From Acidimicrobiia bacterium (GTDB lineage: Bacteria > Actinomycetota > Acidimicrobiia > Spongiisociales > ZC4RG35): a stretch of 64,000 nt of DNA. The stretch is from NCBI GenBank assembly GCA_040902845.1, contig JBBDWM010000024.1, forward strand, positions 25,854 to 89,853, written 5' to 3'. Numbering within the stretch: position 1 is the first letter of the stretch; each line of letters starts with the position of its first letter. A program made the translations under genes and the position numbers. Positions 47,195-56,469 of the stretch are shown here, piece after piece. A model generated the notes under the pieces. The model worked only from the letters and a program-made list of their open reading frames with translations, had not been told where the DNA came from and made no database searches.

Positions 47195-47475
47195 TGCTCC
47201 ATGGTGGCCCACAACCCGTGCCCGTGAAGCCGGTAGCAATCGACCTCCGCCTTCTCTCGGGGCCCGTCCGAGACCCGAGCCCGGCCGTCGAAATGAACCT
47301 GAAGCATCAGGTGGGTTGCCTTCTGATCGTCGTAACCAAACAACTTTCGAAACACGTAGACGACATAGGCCATTGTGTTGACGGGATCGTTCCAGACGAT
47401 GACCTGCCAGGGTCGGTCGAGATCGGTTTCCTCGCCCGTCTTCGGCGTGATGACTGGGCTGGGTCGGGTCGTCAC
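47191..47475 (-). CDS. clpS: ATP-dependent Clp protease adaptor ClpS
   Basis: This is the C-terminal 94 aa of track ORF 47191-47727, from a GTG: [48 protein letters not shown]. Confidence 0.8.
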
Positions 47476-47494
47476 CAGGCCAATCGTACGCTCG

Positions 47495-48061
47495 TCAGGA
47501 TTCGTCCAGACCGGGGAGAGTGCCGAGGATCGAAGCACGGCACGCTTCCGCGGCCGCTGCCAACTCCGGGTCCCCATATGGGATCTCCGCCACCGCGAAG
47601 GGGGCGCCGACTCCGGCGAATCCGGGCACCGGATCGGGGAAATCCTCGACACCGTTGGCCCGCATGCACCGGCTGAAATCGCTGAGTTGCTCGTTGATCT
47701 CCTGGCGCAACTGGTCTTCGGTGCCAAGGTCGAGCGCCCCGGTGTTCAAGCTCGCCGAGCAAACGGCAAGCGCCTCGGCCACCTCAGGATCCCCGAAGTC
47801 GACGGAAATGATCACCAGATCAAGCCGGGGGCGCCCGGTGGCATCTAAGGGCACTTCCTCGATGACAACGTCGTGCTCTCCAAGACATATCCGGAATGCC
47901 TCGACCGCAGCCCCGGTGGTGGTGGTAATGGTGGTCGAGGTGGTGGTTGGCGCAGTGGTCGAGGTCGACAGCGAGTCGGTGCCCGACGGGCCCTCGAGGT
48001 CGGGTGTGCACGCGGCTCCCACCACGAACAAGGCCAACAGGGCGGCGAGACGTCGAATCAG
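47495..48061 (-). CDS. Lipoprotein with Thr-rich linker and four Cys (start uncertain; non-ATG CTG/ATT abutting the upstream stop)
   Basis: It reads ...[18 protein letters not shown]|TPDLEG, followed by a [16 protein letters not shown] linker and a domain with two Cys pairs. The track ORF's first about 80 aa overlap the upstream Fe-S gene and are R-rich. Confidence 0.5.
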   Translation of the reverse strand: MIRRLAALLALFVVGAACTPDLEGPSGTDSLSTSTTAPTTTSTTITTTTGAAVEAFRICLGEHDVVIEEVPLDATGRPRLDLVIISVDFGDPEVAEALAVCSASLNTGALDLGTEDQLRQEINEQLSDFSRCMRANGVEDFPDPVPGFAGVGAPFAVAEIPYGDPELAAAAEACRASILGTLPGLDES

Positions 48062-50253
48062 AAGGCTCCGGGCTCTGAGGGCCCCACCCCTTCGGCGAGG
48101 ATCATCGCGAGATCCCTGACCTTCACGTCCGCCCTGCCCAATTCCTTGACCCCATCGTCGAGCATGACAAAGCAGAACGGGCAGGCCACGGCGATCTCGT
48201 CGGCCCCGGTGGCAAGAGCCTCCTCCGCCCTCTCGATGTTGACTTTCTTGCCGGTCTGCTCCTCCATCCAGAAACGGGCTCCGCCGGCGCCGCAACACAG
48301 GGCCCGGGTGCCGTGACGGGGCATCTCGACCACCTCGATGTCACCCGAGGCGCCGAGGACGTTCCTGGGCGCCAGATAGATGTCGTTGTGCCGTCCCAGA
48401 TAGCAGGGGTCGTGATAGGCGATCTTCTTGGGTTGGCCGTTCTCCTTGGTCGGGACCGAGAGTCGCCCCTGGCCCAGCAACTCGGCGAGAAGCTGGCTGT
48501 GATGCACCACCTCGTAGTCACCACCGAATTGCGGATATTCGTTGGCGATGGTGTTGAAGCAATGGGCGCACTGGGTGATCACCTTGGTGACGCCGATCTC
48601 GTCAAAGGTTGCGATGTTCTGCAGGGCCAATTGCTGGAAGACGAATTCGTTGCCAGCCCTCCGGGCCGGGTCGCCGCTGCAGAGCTCGGCCCGCCCCAGG
48701 ATGGCGAAGTCGATCCCGGCCTTGTTGAGCAGTCTGGCGAGAGCGACCGAGACGGCGGTGTTTCTGTCGTCGAAGGAACCGGCACAACCCACGAACCAGA
48801 GATAGTCCGCGGTGGTCTTGCCGTTCTCCCCGAAGATCGGCACCTCGAAGTCGAGCTCCTCGGTCCAGGCGGCCCGGCTCTGCTGGCTCATTCCCCAAGG
48901 GTTGGACTGGTTCTCCATGGCTACGAACGCCTTGCCCAGCTCGATCGGGAACTCCGATTCCATCATCGTGAGATAGCGGCGCATGTCGAGGATGCGGTCG
49001 ACGATCTCGATGTTCACCGGGCAAATCTCGTCACAGGCCCGGCAGGTGGTGCAGGCGAAGACCTCTTCGGGGCGCACCCGGTCGAAGAGCGAGTGGTCAC
49101 CTTCCAGCACCATGATCGACGACAACGGTGGGCTGACCCCGGCGGCGGCGGCAGCCACCTCTCCCGTTTTGAGAACGATCTCCCTCGGGTCGAGTGGCTT
49201 GCCGGTGATGTTCGCCGGGCACACGGAGGTGCATCTCCCGCACACGGTGCAGGCGTCGGTGTCGAAGATCTGCTTCCAGGTGAGATCGGCGGCCAGCGAA
49301 GCGCCGATGGTGTCGATGTCGTCGGTCTCGAGGAGATTGGGCATCTCCCGCATCGCACCCTTGGGCCGGGGGTGTGCGGAGAGGAACAGATTTGCCGGAG
49401 AGGTGACCATGTGCCGGAGCTTGGTCACCGGCAGGATCACTAGGAACCCGATGAACGCAAGCACATGGCTGATCCAGAAGATCCGATGCAAGTCGCTCGC
49501 GTTGGTCTCCGGGATCAGAACCGACAGCGGATGGCCTACGAACGACCACACCTCGAAGTCGGGTCTTCCGGCAAGGGAGATCCGGGCGGCTTCGGTGAGC
49601 AGACCGCTGAGCCCCAACACCACCAGGAGCCCCAGGATCAGAGCGTCCTCAGGCTTGGTCTTGGTCCTGAGTCGCTCACTCTGCACCAGGTAACGGTTGA
49701 CGATGGCGAGCGCCAGACCTCCGAGATACGCGAGAGAGGCCAGGTCGAGGATCGCCGAGTAGCCCTGATAGACCGGTCCCTGGAGGAACTTCAGATTGCC
49801 GGGGAGAAGGTGATCGATCTCGAGGGTGACCGTCCCCAGGAAGAGGATGATGAACCCGTAGTAGATGAGGGAATGCATCACACCGGCCCGCGGGTCGCGC
49901 ATCAGGGTCTTCATGCGCAGACCGGAGTCGAAGTCCCTCAGACGGCGCCCCCACATCCCGAGTCTCGATTCGGGCCGACCCCTCTCCCAGGCCGTCGCCC
50001 TTCGGGCCAGCAGATGGAGCGACGTCCAAATGAAGACGGCGACCGTCACGTAGAAGACCAACTGCACCGAGTCGGGGATGTTGCCGAACACCTCCCGTCC
50101 GATCTCGAAGTGGGGCTCCTCGGGGAGGGTCCCCAGCAGACCGAGGGCCAGGGTGGCCAACGCGCCCGCCACCCCGAATCCTTCTATGACATAGGAAACG
50201 GGTGGCCGCCTGGAGGTCGTGATCTCGTCCTGACGCTCCTGGGTGAGGGCCAT
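48058..50253 (-). CDS. Membrane-anchored (Fe-S)-binding oxidoreductase, HdrD/GlcF-like with CCG domains (Rv0338c-like)
   Basis: It has an N-terminal 5-6 TM domain, two 4Fe-4S motifs (CTVCGRCTSVCP and CTTCRACDEICP), and two cysteine-rich CCG regions (including LCCGAGG). Confidence 0.8.
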   Translation of the reverse strand: MALTQERQDEITTSRRPPVSYVIEGFGVAGALATLALGLLGTLPEEPHFEIGREVFGNIPDSVQLVFYVTVAVFIWTSLHLLARRATAWERGRPESRLGMWGRRLRDFDSGLRMKTLMRDPRAGVMHSLIYYGFIILFLGTVTLEIDHLLPGNLKFLQGPVYQGYSAILDLASLAYLGGLALAIVNRYLVQSERLRTKTKPEDALILGLLVVLGLSGLLTEAARISLAGRPDFEVWSFVGHPLSVLIPETNASDLHRIFWISHVLAFIGFLVILPVTKLRHMVTSPANLFLSAHPRPKGAMREMPNLLETDDIDTIGASLAADLTWKQIFDTDACTVCGRCTSVCPANITGKPLDPREIVLKTGEVAAAAAGVSPPLSSIMVLEGDHSLFDRVRPEEVFACTTCRACDEICPVNIEIVDRILDMRRYLTMMESEFPIELGKAFVAMENQSNPWGMSQQSRAAWTEELDFEVPIFGENGKTTADYLWFVGCAGSFDDRNTAVSVALARLLNKAGIDFAILGRAELCSGDPARRAGNEFVFQQLALQNIATFDEIGVTKVITQCAHCFNTIANEYPQFGGDYEVVHHSQLLAELLGQGRLSVPTKENGQPKKIAYHDPCYLGRHNDIYLAPRNVLGASGDIEVVEMPRHGTRALCCGAGGARFWMEEQTGKKVNIERAEEALATGADEIAVACPFCFVMLDDGVKELGRADVKVRDLAMILAEGVGPSEPGAF

Positions 50254-50315
50254 GGCGGCGAGTGTAGAAGTGCCCGCTCCGGAGACCGGCTACCCCGGCA
50301 GAGCGGCCTCAGGTG

Positions 50316-51227
50316 TCAAGAGCCGAAGACCGAGCGTACGAAGAACCAGGTGTTCGACGGGCGTTCGGCAAGTCTCCGGGTCAGATAGGGATACCACTGC
50401 GATCCGAAGGGCAGATATACCCGTAACGGAAACCCGGCGGCGACCAACTCATGTTGCAGCGTTGGTCGGACCCCGTAGAGCATCTGGAACTCGAACGGCT
50501 GGTCCCGATTGGCAGCAAGCTTCCTGGTCAGATCAACGATCGCCTGGTCGTGGGTGGCGATCGCAGGAAGTGCCCCGACCGATCCCATGAGGGTCCGAAC
50601 CTGTTCGGCAAACGCACCGTCGACCTCCGACTTGGACCGCAGGGCGATGCTCGGAGGCTCGACGTAAGCGCCCTTGCACAGCCTGATATGCCCGCCCAGC
50701 GGGATGAGACGCTTCAGGTCGTCGGGAGTGCGTCGGAGATAGGCCTGCAAGGCAAGACCCAGGTTGCCATGTTGTTTCTGAGCCTTTTCATAGAGGTCCA
50801 CCGTGGCCGCGGTGTGACGGGAATCCTCCATGTCAATGGTGACCGTGGTGCCGGTGTTTGTTGCCTGGAGGGCGAGGAGGTCGATCGCTTCGGCAACTAG
50901 GCCGCCGTCGATGTTGAGCCCCAATTGGGTCAACTTCACCGAGATGTTCGCATCCAGATCCTCGACGGCGATGCGCCTCAGGCAGTCCAGGTACTCCTCT
51001 CTTGCCGCGACCGCGGTGTCCCGGTCGCGGACTTCCTCACCGAGGAGATCGAGGGAGACAAGAAATCCCTCGGCGTTGAGGCTCTTGGCTACCCGAACAG
51101 CGTCGTCGAGGTTTTCACCGGCCACGAACCGTCGGGCCAGGGCCTTCCCCGGTTTGGTCCCGGTGACCATTCTCTCCACCGGGCGGGCTTGAGTTGTCGA
51201 GACCACCAGCTTGGAGAAGACACTCAA
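50316..51227 (-). CDS. Proline dehydrogenase (monofunctional PRODH)
   Basis: The 303-aa protein shows a PutA-PRODH-like TIM-barrel sequence (VSLDLLGEEV ... LQAYLRRTPDDL). Confidence 0.8.
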   Translation of the reverse strand: MSVFSKLVVSTTQARPVERMVTGTKPGKALARRFVAGENLDDAVRVAKSLNAEGFLVSLDLLGEEVRDRDTAVAAREEYLDCLRRIAVEDLDANISVKLTQLGLNIDGGLVAEAIDLLALQATNTGTTVTIDMEDSRHTAATVDLYEKAQKQHGNLGLALQAYLRRTPDDLKRLIPLGGHIRLCKGAYVEPPSIALRSKSEVDGAFAEQVRTLMGSVGALPAIATHDQAIVDLTRKLAANRDQPFEFQMLYGVRPTLQHELVAAGFPLRVYLPFGSQWYPYLTRRLAERPSNTWFFVRSVFGS

Positions 51228-52036
51228 CCCTTCCCCCCGAGCTCGGCGGATCGCCTCGCAGCGGCGGCCACCGCATCCTCCACGAGTGCCCGGAACCCGC
51301 GCTCCTCCAGCACGTGCATCGCAGCCGCTGTTGTCCCACCGGGCGACGTCACCTGGGATCGAAGCTCGGCGGGCGTCTTCCCGGTGCTCGTCAGGAGGTG
51401 GCCGGCACCGCGAATCGTCTGGTGAACGAAGTTCTCGGCGATGTCCCTGGGCAGACCCTCCCTCACCGCGGCCTCGGTCAGCGCCTCCGCCAGGAGAAAC
51501 ACGTAGGCCGGGCCGGTCCCCGAGACCGCGGTCACTGCGTCCAGCAGGCTCTCGTCCATGATCCGGACCGATCCCACCGCCCCCAGGACTTCCTCGGCAA
51601 GATCGAGATGCGCAGATCGGGCGTGGGCCCCGGCTGCGATCCCGGTGACACCCTCGCCCACCAGGGCCGGGGTGTTGGGCATCGCCCTCACCACCGGGAC
51701 TGCACCAAGTCGGGACTCGTAGGCCTCTGTGGTGACGCCTGCGGCAAGGGACAGCACCATCTGCTCGGGTGCCACGTGACCTGAAAGCTGATCGAGAAGG
51801 GAGGGAACGTCGCGAGGCTTGACGGCGACCACCACCACCTCACGGCCTTTGATCGTCTCCACCGGGTCGGGTGACACCGTCGAGCCCGAGCCCTCGGACA
51901 GCTGTTGGGCACGTTCGGGGCGGCGAACACAAAGGGCGATGTCACCCGGCTTCCACCCCGCCCGGAACAAACCGGACATGAGCGCTTCACCCATCGCCCC
52001 TACCCCGATGATTGCGACGGATGCGCGCCCGGACAT
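51224..52036 (-). CDS. proC: Pyrroline-5-carboxylate reductase
   Basis: It has the Rossmann motif VAIIGVGAMGEAL and P5CR C-terminal dimerisation motifs. It is ATGA-coupled to PRODH. Confidence 0.85.
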   Translation of the reverse strand: MSGRASVAIIGVGAMGEALMSGLFRAGWKPGDIALCVRRPERAQQLSEGSGSTVSPDPVETIKGREVVVVAVKPRDVPSLLDQLSGHVAPEQMVLSLAAGVTTEAYESRLGAVPVVRAMPNTPALVGEGVTGIAAGAHARSAHLDLAEEVLGAVGSVRIMDESLLDAVTAVSGTGPAYVFLLAEALTEAAVREGLPRDIAENFVHQTIRGAGHLLTSTGKTPAELRSQVTSPGGTTAAAMHVLEERGFRALVEDAVAAAARRSAELGGKG

Positions 52037-52274
52037 CAGGCGAGTATATGGAGAGACTGGTCCTCAGCCGAGCGAGGGATACAGGTCACGCCAACCCGGA
52101 CAACTCGGCTCGGCTGTGGCATGTATCGGACGTACATCAGCAGCCGGTTCGTGCTCTGGCTGGGCGGAAGTCAAATCCAATGCGTCGGGTTCTAGAGATA
52201 CACCTCAGAGAGCAAGAAGTTCGCAAGCGCATCGGCGGGTACCCCCCCTCACAACTGCATAGGGTCAAGTCCGG

Positions 52275-52682
52275 CTAACCAGCAACCGGGTCTCCCCAGC
52301 CGTGCCACCGGTCCAATTCCACGACCACACTGATGGTGGGCACGTCCCGCCGGGAGTAGGGACCCCCTTGATACCGCATGGCAATGCGATCGGCTGCGGC
52401 GAAGTCCACGTCGTCCCGGATCTCCACAGCACTCCCCGAGAGCGAAACATGGGTGTACCAGTCGTCCCCGAGCACGGTGAACGCACACCTGGGGTCTCGG
52501 CGGAGATGCCTGACTCGCATCCCCGCAGCGTCCATGATGAGGAGGATTCGACCGTCCCGCCAGTCATATTCCGTGGCAGCCGTGACGGGGGCGCCATCGC
52601 TTCGGAGAGTGGCGACCACCGCCGGCCTCGCCTGGGAAAGGAACCGCTCGACCTCGGGAGGCAGAGTCAGTCTTGGCATCAC
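52275..52682 (-). CDS. PPOX-class F420-dependent / pyridoxamine-5'-phosphate-oxidase-family split-barrel protein
   Basis: The 135-aa protein reads PAVVATLRSDGAPVTAATEYDWRDGRILLIM. Confidence 0.7.
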   Translation of the reverse strand: MMPRLTLPPEVERFLSQARPAVVATLRSDGAPVTAATEYDWRDGRILLIMDAAGMRVRHLRRDPRCAFTVLGDDWYTHVSLSGSAVEIRDDVDFAAADRIAMRYQGGPYSRRDVPTISVVVELDRWHGWGDPVAG

Positions 52683-52924
52683 TCCTCACTGATGGCTGCG
52701 TTGGGATTCAAATCCCTGACGTCACGGCCAAGCTACCCGATTCCGAAGCTAGGGAAGCAGCTCGGGACCTGCCGTTCGGCTCGGTTTGCGAGTCGGCCTG
52801 TTTTGACGGTGCAGCTCAATCGCGGGATCGCGGCCTGGAGCATCGGGAGCATCCGGGCTCAGGGGACTCCGAACTGCGCGAACCCCCGCGGGATGATTCA
52901 GCCCGCCCATAACGCTATATCCCC

Positions 52925-53560
52925 TCAGCCGAGACGGGATCTGATCAGCTCGACAACTGTGGCCACAGCCCTCGGGTTGTAACCCTCGGGGATGATCAGG
53001 TCGGCGTAACGCTTCGAGGTCTCGACGTATTGAACGTGCATCGGCCGGACGGTCTCGAAGTACTGGCTCACCACCGATTCGACGGTTCGACCCCGCTCCT
53101 CGATATCTCTCTGTAGACGGCGGGCAAGTCGGATATCAGAGTCGGTGTCGACGAAGATCTTCAGGTCGAGCTCGGAGCGAAGCTCGGGCTCCGCAAGCAC
53201 CAGGATCCCCTCGACGACCACCACTTGCGCCGGCTCCACCCGGACCGTGTCATCGGAGCGAAGGTGGACGGCGAAGTCGTACACCGGACGTTCGATCGGC
53301 TCACCCGACCGCAGTGCCAGCAAGTGTTGGACCAGCAACTCGGTCTCCAACGAAGCAGGATGGTCGTAGTTGACCTTGGTCCGCTCCTCATAGGAGTACT
53401 CGGGCATGTGCCGGTAGTAAGCGTCGTGCTGAACCAGGGCGACCTTGCCATCGAGACGTTCGAGGACAGCTTCAGCGATGGTGGTCTTTCCCGAACCCGA
53501 CCCTCCGGCGAGGCCTATAAAAAGAGGGCGATCTGGTTTCCAGGGGCTGCGCTCAGGCAT
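52925..53560 (-). CDS. udk: Uridine kinase
   Basis: It has the P-loop GLAGGSGSGKTT and udk family motifs. Confidence 0.9.
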   Translation of the reverse strand: MPERSPWKPDRPLFIGLAGGSGSGKTTIAEAVLERLDGKVALVQHDAYYRHMPEYSYEERTKVNYDHPASLETELLVQHLLALRSGEPIERPVYDFAVHLRSDDTVRVEPAQVVVVEGILVLAEPELRSELDLKIFVDTDSDIRLARRLQRDIEERGRTVESVVSQYFETVRPMHVQYVETSKRYADLIIPEGYNPRAVATVVELIRSRLG

Positions 53561-53572
53561 GCCCCGGCGACG

Positions 53573-54424
53573 TTACTTGTCGGCTACCCGGCTCCGCAGA
53601 CGGCGGATCTCGTCGTAGACCCCGTCGGTGAGAGTGGTGGAAGCCGGTGCCGATACACCCTTGACCTCAACGGCAACCTTCGCCGAGTGTGAACGGGCCT
53701 CTGCAGCCTTTGATAAATGAACAGGCTCGGGCGCCGCGACCTGCTCGACGAGCAGTTCGGTCTCTGCCGGCTCAACCTCGGGGATGTGCTCCAGCCAAGC
53801 AGGCGTAGCGGCGCCTGGTGCCACATCCTCGGCAAGACGATCGAGCCAGTTCGACTCGCCCTCCTCGGCTACCAGAGCCTCGGCCATCCCGAGACGATTC
53901 AATGTGTGGAAGATACGAACCGCTGTCCCCCGGCCGAGCTTGGCTTCGAGATGATTGAAGGTGAACGGCTGGACCAGATTGACCAGGGCGTGCCAATCCT
54001 CGGGCTGGATGGTTATCGGGCCCTCGATCTCGTGGATGAGACGAACCCCTGTGGCCTCGAAGAGACCGGCGTCCACGACCTCGCCTTCCAATGACCTGAG
54101 CGCCTCGACGTCGGCGAGAACCTCTTCCACAGTCCAACCCTTGATCTCGGGACCGTCAGCCGCCCCCACCGAGAATTGACCGGTCTCGAGCCCGGACAGG
54201 ACATAGAGGATGTCGGCAATACCGCTCCGGTCTCCTCCGAGATAGCTCCCCTTGGCTCCGGTCAACTCGGCACCGGTCACCCTGCCCTCACCAAAGAAAA
54301 CGCGAGCGTGACGCTCGCCTTCGATGTCCAGGGAACCCGTCTTCTTGGTGACCTGCATGATCTGAAGCAGGTCATTGACGCTCCAATCAGCGAGCTGCCC
54401 CGAAAGCTGCATCTGTCCGTCCAT
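53573..54424 (-). CDS. DUF4388 domain protein
   Basis: The start is MDGQMQLSGQLADWSVNDLLQIMQVTKKTGSLDIEGERHARVFFGEGRV, the canonical DUF4388 N-terminus. Confidence 0.6.
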   Translation of the reverse strand: MDGQMQLSGQLADWSVNDLLQIMQVTKKTGSLDIEGERHARVFFGEGRVTGAELTGAKGSYLGGDRSGIADILYVLSGLETGQFSVGAADGPEIKGWTVEEVLADVEALRSLEGEVVDAGLFEATGVRLIHEIEGPITIQPEDWHALVNLVQPFTFNHLEAKLGRGTAVRIFHTLNRLGMAEALVAEEGESNWLDRLAEDVAPGAATPAWLEHIPEVEPAETELLVEQVAAPEPVHLSKAAEARSHSAKVAVEVKGVSAPASTTLTDGVYDEIRRLRSRVADK

Positions 54425-54485
54425 AGATGGGTCCCTGTCCCTTTGGGGGACTATCGGCACTCCCCTCAAGAAGGTTGAGACCTGT

Positions 54486-55046
54486 TCAGCCCTCTTTTCG
54501 TGCCTTCATGGCACGTTTTTGCTCCCGCAGCGTGGCTACGTCGTCGAAGATCGCCACGTCGGCGATGCTCGGCCAGTCCGCTGCTTTCTCCTCCCAGCCT
54601 TCGGGCCTCACCCCGAGGCGTTTGCCCAGCACTCCAACAAAAATACGAGACTTGGCCATTCCAAATCCGGGGAGGGCCTGAAGCCGGCTCAACAGCTCGC
54701 CCCCGTCGGTGGGGGTCTCCCACAGGTTCTCGGCCCTTCCCTCGTATTCGGACGAGATGACCCTGCACAACTCCTGGGTCCGGCCCGCCATCGAGCCCGG
54801 ATAGCGATGGATGGCCGGCGGGCCCCGAAAGACGCTTGCCAACTCCTCGGGATCCCGTCCAGCGATGCGTCCCGCGTCCAGATCCTCCCCGAGACGCTCT
54901 TTGAGTAGCTGGGGGCCGAAAAAGGCACGCTCCATGGGGAACTGTTGGTCGAGAAGCATCCCGATCAGAAGGGCAAGGCCGTCGGTAGCGAGGAGACGAT
55001 TGGCATCCTCGGACTCGGTGAAGGGGAGGCTGTCTGGTCGGTCCAT
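54486..55046 (-). CDS. HhH-GPD superfamily base-excision DNA repair protein
   Basis: An internal ATG gives a 186-aa protein: MDRPDSLPF...LQALPGFGMAKSRIFVGVLGKRLGV (HhH-GPD). The track ORF's N-terminus looks spurious. Confidence 0.65.
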   Translation of the reverse strand: MDRPDSLPFTESEDANRLLATDGLALLIGMLLDQQFPMERAFFGPQLLKERLGEDLDAGRIAGRDPEELASVFRGPPAIHRYPGSMAGRTQELCRVISSEYEGRAENLWETPTDGGELLSRLQALPGFGMAKSRIFVGVLGKRLGVRPEGWEEKAADWPSIADVAIFDDVATLREQKRAMKARKEG

Positions 55047-55257
55047 GGACCGAACCGTAGTTCTCAGAACAGGATGCGAATCAGGACGTAGAGGACCAGC
55101 AACCCGGCCGGGGTGTATGCGGCTATCGAGGTCGGTTGTCTGCCGGGGCCGTTCATACTCATCTGACGTCACCGTATGGTGAAAAGGTTTCAGCGGATAT
55201 GGGGGTTCTCCCCCATAGGACCCTGTCGACTTCGGCAAGAATGTGGGCGGACTGAAC

Positions 55258-56469
55258 ATGAAAGATGACATTTACATAGTCGACGGGTGTCGGACGCCGA
55301 TGGGAAAGCTCGGTGGCCAGCTCTCCCACGTCCGGCCTGACGATCTGGCCGCCCATGCCATCCGTCGACTCATGGCCCGAAACCCCGAGGTCGACTCGAT
55401 GGCCATCGAGGACATCCAGTGGGGCGCCGCCAATCAGGCCGGCGAAGACAACCGCAATGTCGCACGCATGGCGGGGTTGCTCGCCGGGTTGCCCATCGAA
55501 GTCCCGGGGGCCACGGTGAATCGGCTCTGCGGGTCGGGAATGCAGGCTGTCGTTTCTGCAGCTCACGCGCTACGCGACGGTTGGGGAGACCTGATGATCG
55601 CGGGCGGGTCCGAGTCGATGAGCCGGGCGCCTTATGTGGTCACCAAGAGCGACCGGGCATTCCCGACAGGGTTTCCCGACGCCGCCGACACGGTCATCGG
55701 CTGGCGGTTGGTGAATCCGAAGATGAGCGAGCTCTATCCGCCAATCACATTGGGAATGACTGCCGAGATGGTGGCGGAGAAGTACGAGATCTCACGTGAG
55801 GACCAGGATGGCTTCGCCCTCCGCAGTCACCAATTGGCCCTGGAAGCAGTTGCTGCCGGCCGATTCGATGCGGAGATCGAACCGCTCGAGGCCCCGACCG
55901 ACCACCGGCGCCGCGAGATGAGGTCGGTCACCCAGGACGAGGGCCCGCGGCCCGACACGTCTTTGGAGCGTCTCGCCGCTCTGTCCCCGGTGTTCAAGGA
56001 AGGGGGGACGGTCACAGCAGGCAACTCCTCCCCTATGAACGATGGCGCCGCCGCCCTCTTGATGGCCACCGAAGCTGGTGTGGAACGTCACGGTCTCGAA
56101 CCCTTGGCCCGCGTCGTGGCCTCGGCTGCTGCGGGAGTCCACCCCGACGTCATGGGGATCGGCCCGGTCCCGGCATCCGAGAAGGCGCTCGCCAGGGCGG
56201 GGATCGGAGTGGGCGGCCTCGACGTGGTAGAGATCAACGAGGCCTTCGCATCCCAGGCGGTGGCCAGTCTTCGACTTCTCGAGCTCGACGAGGACAAGGT
56301 GAACGTAAACGGCGGCGCCATCGCCATCGGTCACCCGCTCGGGGCCTCAGGGGCGAGGATCCTGGTCACCTTGGTTCACGAGCTGGTTCGCCGTCAGGGC
56401 CGGTACGGCCTCGCCACCATGTGCATCGGGGTGGGACAAGGGATCGCCATGGTCGTCGAGCGTGTCTGA
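55258..56469 (+). CDS. Acetyl-CoA C-acyltransferase (thiolase)
   Basis: It has the active-site Cys NRLCGSGMQAV, a C-terminal GHPLGASGARIL and CIGVGQGIA. Confidence 0.85.
   Translation: MKDDIYIVDGCRTPMGKLGGQLSHVRPDDLAAHAIRRLMARNPEVDSMAIEDIQWGAANQAGEDNRNVARMAGLLAGLPIEVPGATVNRLCGSGMQAVVSAAHALRDGWGDLMIAGGSESMSRAPYVVTKSDRAFPTGFPDAADTVIGWRLVNPKMSELYPPITLGMTAEMVAEKYEISREDQDGFALRSHQLALEAVAAGRFDAEIEPLEAPTDHRRREMRSVTQDEGPRPDTSLERLAALSPVFKEGGTVTAGNSSPMNDGAAALLMATEAGVERHGLEPLARVVASAAAGVHPDVMGIGPVPASEKALARAGIGVGGLDVVEINEAFASQAVASLRLLELDEDKVNVNGGAIAIGHPLGASGARILVTLVHELVRRQGRYGLATMCIGVGQGIAMVVERV

Noticed and set aside
48313-50388. Plus-strand ORFs 48313-49443 and 49465-50388, and minus-strand 49097-49549
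   Set aside because: They are antisense or out-of-frame within the HdrD-like Fe-S oxidoreductase gene.
52690-52725. tRNA-like GGGATTCAAATCCC hairpin
   Set aside because: It would give a 4- or 6-nt loop instead of a 7-nt T-loop. I could not build an acceptor stem or anticodon arm, and there is no CCA, so it is not a tRNA.
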